Shown: piece after piece, positions 1 to 9,304 of the stretch
Layout: each line of letters starts with the position of its first letter
Numbering within the stretch: position 1 is the stretch's first letter
Source: Promethearchaeota archaeon
GTDB taxonomy: Archaea > Asgardarchaeota > Lokiarchaeia > Sigyniarchaeales > SOKP01
DNA: 35,280 nt
NCBI GenBank assembly: GCA_018238625.1
Contig: JABCSY010000038.1
Location: 1 to 35,280, forward strand
Reading direction: 5' to 3'
Notes under the pieces: generated by a model
What the model was told of the DNA's origin: nothing
What the model saw: only the letters and a program-made list of their open reading frames with translations
The model's database searches: none
Made by a program: the position numbers and the translations under genes

Positions 1-17
1 AATTAAACATTTATATT

Positions 18-848
18 TTGGAGAAAGTTATTCACGAAATCGCTCCTGAACTAATTGATATTTATAACATTAGAGAAGATGAAAATGAAGAACAGCAGGT
101 TAAAACTGGACGACTTCACGAGAATCGAATATTAGGCATAATTCTAAAATTCTATCTCGAGGGAAAGAAAAAGGTAACTACGAGAGATGTTGAAATAGAG
201 TATAAAAAATTCTTTAAAGAAATCGCACGCTCCACTATATCAACATATTTAAATATGCTGAAAAAAGAATCTACATTGTATAAAGAAAGAGATGGAAGGT
301 TAGTTTACTACATATTTTTTGAAGATCCACCTGAAGATGTTAGCGCATTTTGGTTTACTAGATTATTTTGTATTGATCCAGCATACTTTTCTAGAGCGAT
401 TTATTTTTCGAGCTTGTACTCAATTGCGGAAGTAATAGTTAAAAAACACATGAAAAAAGGAAATTACGACGAGCTAGTCGATACCTTTAGGTATTTAACT
501 GGAATTATTATTTTGAATATCCTTAAAAATAGAAGTTCAAAATGTCTTTTGTGTCAATTTAGTAAACAAGAAAGCTATATTGAATTATTAAATGCTTTAA
601 GTTTGGCAATAAAGGATAGAACTGATGTATTACCTAGCGAATTACAAGAAGTTTTGAAGAAAAAGTACGCGGAAATTCCAAATTTTGGAGGATATTATTT
701 CAGAGATGAAAATAAAGAAATCGAAATGATTGAACAACTTCTAAATTTTGCCAACCAATACAAGAAGGATATGGAATATCAAACCATGGTTTTAAATAGA
801 AGAATTGACACACGAATACTTGAAAAGGTTCCTGTAAATAATAAATAA
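18..848 (+). CDS. Putative winged-helix DNA-binding protein / transcriptional regulator with uncharacterised C-terminal domain
   Basis: 276-aa ORF, TTG start; wHTH-like segment (VTTRDVEIEY...IARSTISTYLNMLKKESTLYKERDGRLVYY); CxxC (CLLC) in the C-terminal half. Confidence 0.55.
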   Translation: MEKVIHEIAPELIDIYNIREDENEEQQVKTGRLHENRILGIILKFYLEGKKKVTTRDVEIEYKKFFKEIARSTISTYLNMLKKESTLYKERDGRLVYYIFFEDPPEDVSAFWFTRLFCIDPAYFSRAIYFSSLYSIAEVIVKKHMKKGNYDELVDTFRYLTGIIILNILKNRSSKCLLCQFSKQESYIELLNALSLAIKDRTDVLPSELQEVLKKKYAEIPNFGGYYFRDENKEIEMIEQLLNFANQYKKDMEYQTMVLNRRIDTRILEKVPVNNK

Positions 849-945
849 CCAAATTCTTCTCATTAAAAAGTAGTAATAATCAAACTATACTTTATACTTT
901 TATAAAAGATTTAAGTTATGCTATAAAAACGAGTTTTTCTTTAAT

Positions 946-1476
946 TTAGTATCTTCTGGAATTATTAAGCATCAATCTCGTCAGAGCTTCGAATGTTTTC
1001 TCTACATTTTCTCCACTCTTAGAACTAGTTTCAATAAAACCGTCGACATTTCTCGATTTCGCAATTTTTATCCCGTCTTCTGCTGAGACTTCCCTATTCT
1101 CTGTTAAATCTGCTTTACCACCCACTACAATAATAGGAAATACATCCTCGGCTCGAATTTCTTTCCTAATAACGTTAAGCCAATCGTCTATGTGAGCAAT
1201 GGAAGAATAATTTGTTATATCAAACAAGAATAACCCGCCCCGAGCGCCTCTAACATACGTAGGAAGTAAAAACCTAAACCTTTCCTCTCCACCAAAATCC
1301 CATATTTGTAATTTTACTTTCTGCTTGTCAACTTCTAAGCTCTTAACCTCAAAATCTACTCCAATAGTCATTTTTGAATCGGAAACAAATAAATTAGTCA
1401 GAAATCTCTGAGTTAGAGTGGTCTTCCCACAGCCAGCATCTCCAAAAATAATGATCTTAAAGGTTGCATCGTACAT
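946..1476 (-). CDS. Rab-like small GTPase (Ras superfamily)
   Basis: G1 GDAGCGKT, G2 TIGVDF, G3 WDFGG, G4 variant GGKAD, G5 SSK; RabF-like motifs IGVDF, KLQIW, RFRFL, YVRGA, LFDIT. Confidence 0.95.
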   Translation of the reverse strand: MYDATFKIIIFGDAGCGKTTLTQRFLTNLFVSDSKMTIGVDFEVKSLEVDKQKVKLQIWDFGGEERFRFLLPTYVRGARGGLFLFDITNYSSIAHIDDWLNVIRKEIRAEDVFPIIVVGGKADLTENREVSAEDGIKIAKSRNVDGFIETSSKSGENVEKTFEALTRLMLNNSRRY

Positions 1477-1742
1477 TTTTATTCAGTATTCCTCCCAAGC
1501 ACAAATTTAGATCTTAATATTTCGTCTTCTTCAATAATTTGATATTTATACAAATATTTTAATTCGATTTCTATAATAAATAATCGTATTTACATATATA
1601 AATCTTTAAATGTATCTGTTATTAAAATATCAAATAGCCTTAAAAATTTATTGAAAGAACTATGTTAAAAAACTATCTAATTTGGAAATTGAAAAATTGA
1701 AGCTAAATTTATCAAAATAAAAGTTGATCGTATTGAGAAAAC

Positions 1743-3050
1743 ATGAAAAGAAAATTTGATTGGTCAGAATATGTTGAGTTTGACCCTAAGAAGCTTGAAA
1801 TCGTAACGTCAGCATTCGGCGTGAAAAAAATATATGCCATGGGTCTTATGCCGATTAGGGGAAAAGAAGGATTTCGAAAGTTAGATTACGAATTTGCTGA
1901 AAAAAAACTAAACGTTATTGAAGTTATGGATAAATTAGATGAATGTCACTTTAATGTTTTTGGACTTGTTATCAAGGACACGGATGGAGCATGCTTGTGG
2001 GGTACGGATGTGGGATGGAATCCTACTGGAAGAGATATATTGGGGGAGTTTTGCGATGCTGGAAAGGACAGAAATATAAAAATAATGGTTTCTTTTACAA
2101 GCATGAACGACGCGTACCAAGGAAATTTACATCCTGAACGAGTTAGCGTTCATGGAAAAAATGTAAAAAAGCATGGTGTAAAATATAGAAAAGGCGATAT
2201 TTCAACACACGACGAGGGTGAAATGAGAGTAGAATTACCTGAGAACGTTTCATTTAAAGATTATAAAGCAAAAGTTCCCTTTCTAACAGAAAGCATAGAT
2301 AAGAAGCAAGGCAAGGCAAGAGGTGCAAGAGGAAAGGGTTATATACCATCTACAAGCTTTATGTGTCCTAATAGCGAGCATGTAAATTATTTATTAGAGC
2401 TTACAAAAGAAGTCGTAAAAGATTATCCAATTAAAGGGTTCTTTGCCGATTACATTAGATACGATGGAGCTTTCATGGAGTTATGCGCTTGCCATCGATG
2501 TGTAGAAAAGTTTAAAACTAATTATGGACCTAAGGCAAAATTACTAACAAGTCATGAATGGTATGAGTTTAAATCAGATACAATTGCGGAATACGCACAA
2601 AAGCTCCAGAACGTAATAAAAAGCGTCAATAACAACTGTGTCTCGGGATGGTTTTGCCTTCCTGGTCCTAAGAAAATGTTTACGCAAAAAAGATTAGGTC
2701 AAGATTGGGTAAAATTATCTTCAATTTTGGATGTGGCATCTCCAATGGAATACCCATATCTAATGGGAACACGAGACGACGGATGGTACTGGGGAAAAGT
2801 AGGTGGCTTTTTTTATTGGTATTTTACGAGAAATATGAAAAAGAGAATTCACGAATTCAATAGTCCGATACTAGCAATCACGAATTCCGTTGAGTGTAAT
2901 ATCGATGAAATGTTAAAACAAATGAAAGGATTTGATTTTGGTTTAGGAATCGCGATATTTAAGTATTTTGGTACAACTGAATCCCAATGGTATGGTTTAA
3001 AAGAATATGCTGAAAAAGAAATAGGTTTAGAGAATTTAATTAAAAACTAA
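1743..3050 (+). CDS. Putative glycoside hydrolase-like TIM-barrel protein (GHL10/GHL6-like)
   Basis: MCPNS..HVNYL and GFFADYIRY motifs, CACHRC Zn-type cluster, DVASPMEY; typical of GHL10/GHL6/GH42-related barrels. Confidence 0.6.
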   Translation: MKRKFDWSEYVEFDPKKLEIVTSAFGVKKIYAMGLMPIRGKEGFRKLDYEFAEKKLNVIEVMDKLDECHFNVFGLVIKDTDGACLWGTDVGWNPTGRDILGEFCDAGKDRNIKIMVSFTSMNDAYQGNLHPERVSVHGKNVKKHGVKYRKGDISTHDEGEMRVELPENVSFKDYKAKVPFLTESIDKKQGKARGARGKGYIPSTSFMCPNSEHVNYLLELTKEVVKDYPIKGFFADYIRYDGAFMELCACHRCVEKFKTNYGPKAKLLTSHEWYEFKSDTIAEYAQKLQNVIKSVNNNCVSGWFCLPGPKKMFTQKRLGQDWVKLSSILDVASPMEYPYLMGTRDDGWYWGKVGGFFYWYFTRNMKKRIHEFNSPILAITNSVECNIDEMLKQMKGFDFGLGIAIFKYFGTTESQWYGLKEYAEKEIGLENLIKN

Positions 3051-3619
3051 ATTTTATTTTTTAATTCATTATACCGAAAACAATAGGTTGTATGGTCATT
3101 TACAATTCCAACTGCTTGTAAAAAGGAGTAAATTATAGTTGACCCTACAAATTTGAAACCTCTTCCCTTCAAATCTTTACTAATTCTGTCAGAAAGATCT
3201 GTATTGGATGGTAATTCTTCTAATGTTTTCCTAGAGTTATGAACTACCTTATTGTTAACAAAACTCCATATATAGTTATCAAAAGATCCAAATTCTTCTT
3301 GTATTTTAACGAATGATTTTGCGTTTGAGATTACTGATTGGATTTTTAATCGATTTCTTATAATTCCCTTGTTTTGCATTAATTCTTCAATTTTAAGTTC
3401 GGTATAATTTGAAATTCTAATGTAATCAAAATTATCAAACGCCTTCCTAAAATTATCTCTTTTTTGAAGTACAGTGTTCCAACTTAAACCAGCTTGCATC
3501 CCTTCTAAGATTAAGAGCTCATATAGATTTTTTTCGTCATGTTCAGGGGCACCCCATTCTTTGTCGTGATATTCCTTCATTAGGGCATTACTATTGGCCC
3601 ATTCGCATCTTTTCACCAT
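3047..3619 (-). CDS. tag: DNA-3-methyladenine glycosylase I
   Basis: RCEW...YHDKEWG, LEGMQAGLSW, IIRNRLKI, GFKFVGSTI, NDHTTYC. Confidence 0.95.
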   Translation of the reverse strand: MVKRCEWANSNALMKEYHDKEWGAPEHDEKNLYELLILEGMQAGLSWNTVLQKRDNFRKAFDNFDYIRISNYTELKIEELMQNKGIIRNRLKIQSVISNAKSFVKIQEEFGSFDNYIWSFVNNKVVHNSRKTLEELPSNTDLSDRISKDLKGRGFKFVGSTIIYSFLQAVGIVNDHTTYCFRYNELKNKI

Positions 3620-3650
3620 AAATGTATCAACTTTATTTATTTTATGAATT

Positions 3651-4022
3651 TTAAGCTGTGATTGATACAGTTACAGCCGCATTACAAACAATTATTTTGT
3701 CAGAAGTATCCCCTAGTTCTTTAATCATTATTCCTTTAGCAATCAACCCTCCCTTCTCTATCTCAATCGATTTTTCACCAAACGGAATCGCTTTTAAAAC
3801 TTTTTCTTTTTTAATGTTATTGGGATAAGGTGCTCCAATCTTTACATGTATAATCATTTTTAACAGATCGTTTGGTTCTTTTAAGTCACAAATCTCTAAT
3901 AATCCCGTAAGACAGTTATTTGAAATAGCATTTTTGATAGCCTTGATAGCAGCATTAGTACAATCATCATCGTGTCCGTGCTGATCTATGCCAAACCCTA
4001 TTTGTACGATAAAACGCTTCAT
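3651..4022 (-). CDS. Lin0512 family protein
   Basis: GFGIDQHG..D.TNAAIKAIKNAI, KAIPFG, GGL and NAAVTV motifs. Confidence 0.85.
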   Translation of the reverse strand: MKRFIVQIGFGIDQHGHDDDCTNAAIKAIKNAISNNCLTGLLEICDLKEPNDLLKMIIHVKIGAPYPNNIKKEKVLKAIPFGEKSIEIEKGGLIAKGIMIKELGDTSDKIIVCNAAVTVSITA

Positions 4023-4040
4023 AATTAATGTCTCTTTATT

Positions 4041-4334
4041 TTATTTCAAGTCCTCAACTAGTTTAAGAAAGTCTGTGTATGGAATGGCTGTCCAACTCTC
4101 AGCGAAAGTAGCTCCAGCAGCACGGGAAAGTAGCGAAACCTTTGCGGCTTCTAATTCATTTTTTGCTTCGAAAATATCAAGAAAGTCATAAGGACCTAAA
4201 ATCGCGTAATGTGCGATCCATTTAATATTAGGAACTTTCTCTTTAACTAGTTCTAGATATTTTTCACCTTGTTTTTTCCTTTTTTCAACTAAATCAGGAT
4301 TTTGAAGTTTAGTTGCAAGTATATATATGGGCAT
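4041..4334 (-). CDS. GYD domain-containing protein
   Basis: YAILGPYDFLDIFEA motif; about 100 aa; ESWTAIP. Confidence 0.85.
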   Translation of the reverse strand: MPIYILATKLQNPDLVEKRKKQGEKYLELVKEKVPNIKWIAHYAILGPYDFLDIFEAKNELEAAKVSLLSRAAGATFAESWTAIPYTDFLKLVEDLK

Positions 4335-4482
4335 AGAGAAAATTATTATATTTTAGCTTATAAATTTATATTAAAAATTTTATTTCTTGCTTTAAACTAA
4401 TATTTAAAGTACTATTTCTTTTTATGAGATAATAATTGAAAAAAGAATTTGTAGTGGAAATAATTGAAGAGAAAGGGTTCAA

Positions 4483-5592
4483 ATGGAAAAAAAAACAGAA
4501 AATCTCTATGATATTAATGAAAGCATTTATCAAAGATTTGAAGAAAAATATAATACACTTTACCGACGTACTTGGGACAAAACGCTATCAACTTACGGGA
4601 AAATGTTTGATGAGAATTTAATTCATCACATTAATTCAAAAAAGGACGGATATTCTCGGATTGATTTTGCGTTAGTTGCAGCTGGATGGACGGTGTACGA
4701 AAAGTTTCCTTTTGCTTTTGCTTGGGAAAGAGAAAAACAAGAAGGAGGAGATTACGGCGTAAATTGGATGCGATCGAAATATAAAATAGAGAATCTTCAA
4801 ACCTTTACTCAGCAAGTAAAAAAAGTTGCTAAATTTTTTGGTGCATCGTTAGTAGGAGTTGCTAAGGTTAACGAGAAATGGATTTATAAAACGGGTTTCA
4901 TAAGACCTTCGTTAACTAGTGAGTCAGATTCAAAAAAAGATATTAGAAAAGGAAAAGTCCAAAATTCAATATTAGAAAGCCCTATCAATTTACCAGAAGG
5001 TATAGACAAAGTTATTGTTATGGGTATTGAAATGGACAAAAATGCAGTTTCTACCTCGCCTGCTCAACCCGCAGCCGCAGCATCTGCTATAGCTTACTCA
5101 AAAATGGCTTTTGTAATTTCGTGTCTTGGTGAATTTATTAGAAATTTAGGCTATCGAGCAATCCAATGTGGTAATGATACCGCACTTAGTATACCATTAG
5201 CAATCGATGCGGGGTTTGGAGCTTTAGGTAGAAATGGGCTATTGATTACGCCCGAATATGGACCAAGAGTGCGGATTTGTAAAGTTTTTACTGACCTTCC
5301 ATTAATGTTAGATGCCCCTAATCTAAATTTCATTAAAAAAGTCGAAAAATTTTGCAAAAATTGCTTTAAATGCGCTGAAGCTTGTGAAACCAAGGCTATA
5401 ACAAAGGATAAAGAGCCTAGTTTTGAACCACCGACCATATCTAACAATTCAGGCGTTAAAAAGTATTACGTAGATGTGGAAAAATGCTTTGAATTTTGGA
5501 TCGAAAACTCTTCAGATTGCGGAAATTGTATCGCGGCGTGTCCTTTTTCTGGAATTAAGAAATACTACTCAGCATTAGAATTTTGGGAATAA
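4483..5592 (+). CDS. Reductive dehalogenase-like cobalamin/2x[4Fe-4S] protein (RdhA/QueG superfamily)
   Basis: VKKVAKFFGASLVGVA, FIRNLGYRAI, SIPLAIDAGFGALGRNGLLITPEYGPRVRI, CKNCFKCAEAC and C-x10-DCGNCIAACPF. Confidence 0.88.
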   Translation: MEKKTENLYDINESIYQRFEEKYNTLYRRTWDKTLSTYGKMFDENLIHHINSKKDGYSRIDFALVAAGWTVYEKFPFAFAWEREKQEGGDYGVNWMRSKYKIENLQTFTQQVKKVAKFFGASLVGVAKVNEKWIYKTGFIRPSLTSESDSKKDIRKGKVQNSILESPINLPEGIDKVIVMGIEMDKNAVSTSPAQPAAAASAIAYSKMAFVISCLGEFIRNLGYRAIQCGNDTALSIPLAIDAGFGALGRNGLLITPEYGPRVRICKVFTDLPLMLDAPNLNFIKKVEKFCKNCFKCAEACETKAITKDKEPSFEPPTISNNSGVKKYYVDVEKCFEFWIENSSDCGNCIAACPFSGIKKYYSALEFWE

Positions 5593-5662
5593 TAAACAGT
5601 AATAATTTTAAATTTGAACAAGTTAAGTTAAATTAAGATTAAATTATCAAGATGGTACAATT

Positions 5663-6709
5663 ATGGATAAAATCAAAGTAGGAATTATTGGGTCTGGTTT
5701 TATTGCTGAGCATCATTGTTATTCTTATTCATTGCTCTCTAATGTAGAGATTATAGGAATCTCTTCTATAAATGAAGAAGAAGCCAAAAGTCTCATGAAA
5801 AGGTACGGAGTTCCTGGCAATCCGCATAAAAACTACAATGATTTATTGAAACTCGATTGTGATGCTATTTCTGCTTGTGTACCAAATTATTTACATAAAG
5901 ATATAGCCATTGACATTTTAAATTCTGGAATTCACGCGCTTATAGAGAAACCTTTAGCTAAAAACATTATTGAAGGAAAAGAGATGTTAGACGTCGAGAA
6001 ATCTTCAAACAAGAAGATTTTTTACTGTGAAAATAACATGTACGCACCCTCATTTAGTAAAGTTAAAGAGATTGTCGAGGAGGGCGCTTTAGGAAAGATT
6101 TACATGGGTCGCGGAAAAGAACAGCATTCTGGACCTCACTCAGCTTGGTTCTATAGAGCTGAAGAATCCGGAGGGGGCGCTCTTTTAGACTTAGGTATCC
6201 ATGATATTGCTTGTTTAGTTTGGTATCTTGGATGCGATGTTAAAGAAGTGTACTGTCAAGTAAAAACGATACAACCAGATCGGGGTAAATTTGGTAAGTG
6301 TGAAGTTGAAGATAATGCTGTGGGAGTATTATACTTTGAAAATGATGCCCAAATAGTCATTGAAGAATCTTGGACAGCACCAGGAGGTTATGACATGAGA
6401 TTCGAATTATTTGGTACTGAAGGACAAGTTAAAGTCGCTCCAACTTTTTCAAATTTAATGAGCGTTTATAGCGAAAAAGGATATGGATATGCCTTGGAAA
6501 AAGCAGGAACTACGAAGGGTTGGACGTTTCCCGTTCCTGCTGAAGCTTGGTCTTTTGGATATCCCCAAGAAATCGTTCATTTCATGAATTGTATATTGAA
6601 TAAGACAAAACCTTTAACAGACGCGAAATTTGGTTTGAAAATATTGAAGATTGTCGAAACAATGTATAAAAGCGCAGAATCTAGGAAGATTGAAGAGGTT
6701 CTATATTAA
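5663..6709 (+). CDS. Gfo/Idh/MocA family NAD(P)-dependent oxidoreductase
   Basis: GIIGSGFIA Rossmann motif, EKP motif, GGGALLDLGIHDI. Confidence 0.92.
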   Translation: MDKIKVGIIGSGFIAEHHCYSYSLLSNVEIIGISSINEEEAKSLMKRYGVPGNPHKNYNDLLKLDCDAISACVPNYLHKDIAIDILNSGIHALIEKPLAKNIIEGKEMLDVEKSSNKKIFYCENNMYAPSFSKVKEIVEEGALGKIYMGRGKEQHSGPHSAWFYRAEESGGGALLDLGIHDIACLVWYLGCDVKEVYCQVKTIQPDRGKFGKCEVEDNAVGVLYFENDAQIVIEESWTAPGGYDMRFELFGTEGQVKVAPTFSNLMSVYSEKGYGYALEKAGTTKGWTFPVPAEAWSFGYPQEIVHFMNCILNKTKPLTDAKFGLKILKIVETMYKSAESRKIEEVLY

Positions 6710-6760
6710 ATCATTTTTATTTTTAAAATAATATTAATATTATGCTCTCGTTACCTTACT

Positions 6761-7510
6761 ATGGAAGAAGAACTCAAGCAATTTTACATAGACTTATTCG
6801 CTCCACTTCCCAGATGTGGTCCAGGTTCAGTTGAAACAACAAGAAAAGCTTTTTCTTTTTTAAAATCTCAACCTAAAGATCCTAAAATATTGGATATAGG
6901 AGCAGGGACGGGTATGTCTACCATTGAACTAGCTAAAATTTCAGACGGTAAAATAATCGCGATTGATATTATACATGAATATCTTGATATCTTAAAAAAA
7001 AAGGCTTCAATTAACGGAATAGATAATATCGAGACTGTAAAAATGTCAATGGATTCGATAGAATATAAAGACGAGACATTTGATATACTTTGGAGCGAGG
7101 GATCTATATTTGTAATAGGGTTCGAAGAAGGAATAAAATCATGGAAAAGATTATTAAAACCCGAAGGATACTTAGCAGTATCCGATATGGTGTGGTTTAA
7201 TAAAGACGCACCAATCGAGGTCATTGAATTTTGGGATAGCTGTTATCCTCAAATGTTAGAACTAAATGAAGCTATAGAAATGATTAAGAAATATGGTTAT
7301 AACTTAATTGCTAACTTTAAATTTCAAGAAGATCCTGATTGGTGGGAGAACCTATATATTCCTCTGGAGAATCATTTACCCGAAGTCAAGAAAAAATACA
7401 GCCACAAAAAGGAATTTTTAGCTGAAATAGAATTCACCGAACAAGAAATTAATTTCTTCAAGAAATATTCGAATTTCTACGGATATATGTTCTATATTAT
7501 GCAAAAATAA
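6761..7510 (+). CDS. Class I SAM-dependent methyltransferase
   Basis: LPRCGPGS, ILDIGAGTG, FDILWSEGS, LKPEGYL. Confidence 0.9.
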   Translation: MEEELKQFYIDLFAPLPRCGPGSVETTRKAFSFLKSQPKDPKILDIGAGTGMSTIELAKISDGKIIAIDIIHEYLDILKKKASINGIDNIETVKMSMDSIEYKDETFDILWSEGSIFVIGFEEGIKSWKRLLKPEGYLAVSDMVWFNKDAPIEVIEFWDSCYPQMLELNEAIEMIKKYGYNLIANFKFQEDPDWWENLYIPLENHLPEVKKKYSHKKEFLAEIEFTEQEINFFKKYSNFYGYMFYIMQK

Positions 7511-7541
7511 TATAGAAAATAAATAAAAAGAAAAAATAAGG

Positions 7542-7895
7542 TTATTTATACTCCCCTTTATACCATGAACGCTGGCTTTTTTTGAGGTCATCTGAGAGAT
7601 GATCAGGATGATATTGGTCGAATTCTTCCCGTAATTCATAACTTACACCATATCGTACATCATCAACAGGATTTAAATAACCAGTTTTAGCGATACCTCT
7701 TGCAGATCTAAGCGCAGTCCTGCGTGCAATTAAGGGCGCTCCTTCAACATAATAGTACTGCCAATATTTCTCTTCTCCTTCTTCAACTAAGTCTAGGTAC
7801 ACATTGGCAGTATTACCTTCATCTGATACTGGTTGGAATTCCCCCTTTTCTTCGTCGAAATATAGTTTTAGTTTTATGTTTTGCTCATCAGACAT
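7542..7895 (-). CDS. Hypothetical protein (possible divergent gelsolin-like single domain)
   Basis: 117-aa ATG ORF with AGGTGA SD-like site upstream; the fold suggestion is only a pattern inference. Confidence 0.6.
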   Translation of the reverse strand: MSDEQNIKLKLYFDEEKGEFQPVSDEGNTANVYLDLVEEGEEKYWQYYYVEGAPLIARRTALRSARGIAKTGYLNPVDDVRYGVSYELREEFDQYHPDHLSDDLKKSQRSWYKGEYK

Positions 7896-7988
7896 ATTTT
7901 ATTGTTCACCTATTTGACTCAAGTTTTTACTTATTTATCTAATAATTCATGAGAATTTTTTAATTTTTTTACATAATACAAATAAAAA

Positions 7989-9197
7989 TTATTTTTGTAA
8001 AGCTTTTATGAAGGCTACAACCCAATCAAGCTTATCCTTTGAAGCTAAAAGGATCTCATGAGGAAGTTGAATACTTCTTGAATATATATCAGATACAACG
8101 GGGAAATATTTATTATTGCTTTTTTCTCCTCCCCAATTAGCTTTATTATACTTAATTCCTTTTTTTAATTTAACTTCTCTAAAACAATCTAAACTATGTA
8201 AGGGGGGGTAACAATCGTCAGTAGGAATGCCATTTCTATTCAACTTTTTATAAAATTCTGACTTGGTAAGACCACTAAATTTTTCTGGTTCAAATACTAT
8301 TGGAAAAACGTACCACCCAAGTTCTGTTGTACCGGGGGTTGGTTTCATAGTTCTGATCCCATCAATCTCGTTTAACTTTTTCATTAAATAATTAGCATTC
8401 TCGTTTCTTAGTTTATGTTGAGAGGAAAACTTTTCTAATTGGGTTCTAAGCACTGCTGCCTGATACTCAGTCATCCTATAATTTGTACCATAACTAAAGT
8501 GTTTGTAGAAATAAGCGTTTTTTTTCCTACCACAATCAGTATAAGAATAAATATTATCTGCTAATTTCTTAGAATTACAAATTATTGCCCCACCTTCACC
8601 ACTTGTTAAAACTTTCGAAGCTTGAAAACTAAATGTTCCTACATCTCCCCAGTTACCCAGTCTTTTTCCTTTAAATCTAGAACCGTGTGCGTGTGAGCAA
8701 TCTTCAATAACATATAGGTTGTTTTTTGAAGATACTTCCATTAATTTATCCATTTCGACGGGATTACCACCTAAATGAACGGGTATAATTGCTTTAGTTC
8801 TTTTAGTGATGAGACTCTCGATTTTATTCACGTCCATAACTAGAGTTTCTGGATCTATATCACAAAAAACGGGAACTGCGTTTGTAGCTATTACTGCTGA
8901 TGCAGATGCAACAAAGGTGTAATCTGAAACAATAACTTCATCACCTAAACCAATATTAAAACCCATTAGTGCCGCTTCTATGGCTACCGTTCCATTACAT
9001 ACCGCTACGCAATATTTTGCTTCTTGAAATCTAGCAAATTCTACTTGAAACGCCCAAATATTCTCACCTTGGTGCGTACCTGGAGCACCGCACCACCAAT
9101 CGCCAGATTTTATTACTTTCTTTAAGGCATTTATCTCTTTGTCGTCATATATCGGCCATTTAGGAAAATTTCTCTTAGCGTCTTGTTCAAATGACAT
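7989..9197 (-). CDS. DegT/DnrJ/EryC1/StrS family PLP aminotransferase (RifK/AHBA-synthase-like)
   Basis: IEDCSHAHG, SFQASKVLTSGEGG (PLP Lys), GTNYRMTEYQAAVLRTQL. Confidence 0.92.
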   Translation of the reverse strand: MSFEQDAKRNFPKWPIYDDKEINALKKVIKSGDWWCGAPGTHQGENIWAFQVEFARFQEAKYCVAVCNGTVAIEAALMGFNIGLGDEVIVSDYTFVASASAVIATNAVPVFCDIDPETLVMDVNKIESLITKRTKAIIPVHLGGNPVEMDKLMEVSSKNNLYVIEDCSHAHGSRFKGKRLGNWGDVGTFSFQASKVLTSGEGGAIICNSKKLADNIYSYTDCGRKKNAYFYKHFSYGTNYRMTEYQAAVLRTQLEKFSSQHKLRNENANYLMKKLNEIDGIRTMKPTPGTTELGWYVFPIVFEPEKFSGLTKSEFYKKLNRNGIPTDDCYPPLHSLDCFREVKLKKGIKYNKANWGGEKSNNKYFPVVSDIYSRSIQLPHEILLASKDKLDWVVAFIKALQK

Positions 9198-9304
9198 ACA
9201 TGAATCAACCTTTCTATTATTATAATATCAAAAATTTTATGAGCTAATAATAAATAAATAAATAGTAAAGAATTAAAATATATGAGATTCTAACGTAATT
9301 GAAA

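Noticed and set aside
1537-1635. 11-bp inverted repeat ATTTGATATTT/AAATATCAAAT in a divergent promoter region
   Set aside because: Almost all A/T with arms about 77 nt apart; plausible by chance.
3047-3050. 4-bp overlap of convergent stop codons (also 14788-14791)
   Set aside because: Common in compact AT-rich genomes; no special function is implied.
4436-4621. 61-aa ORF overlapping the dehalogenase start as a possible leader or RdhB
   Set aside because: TTG start, out of frame, Lys-rich and not hydrophobic; no membrane-anchor character.
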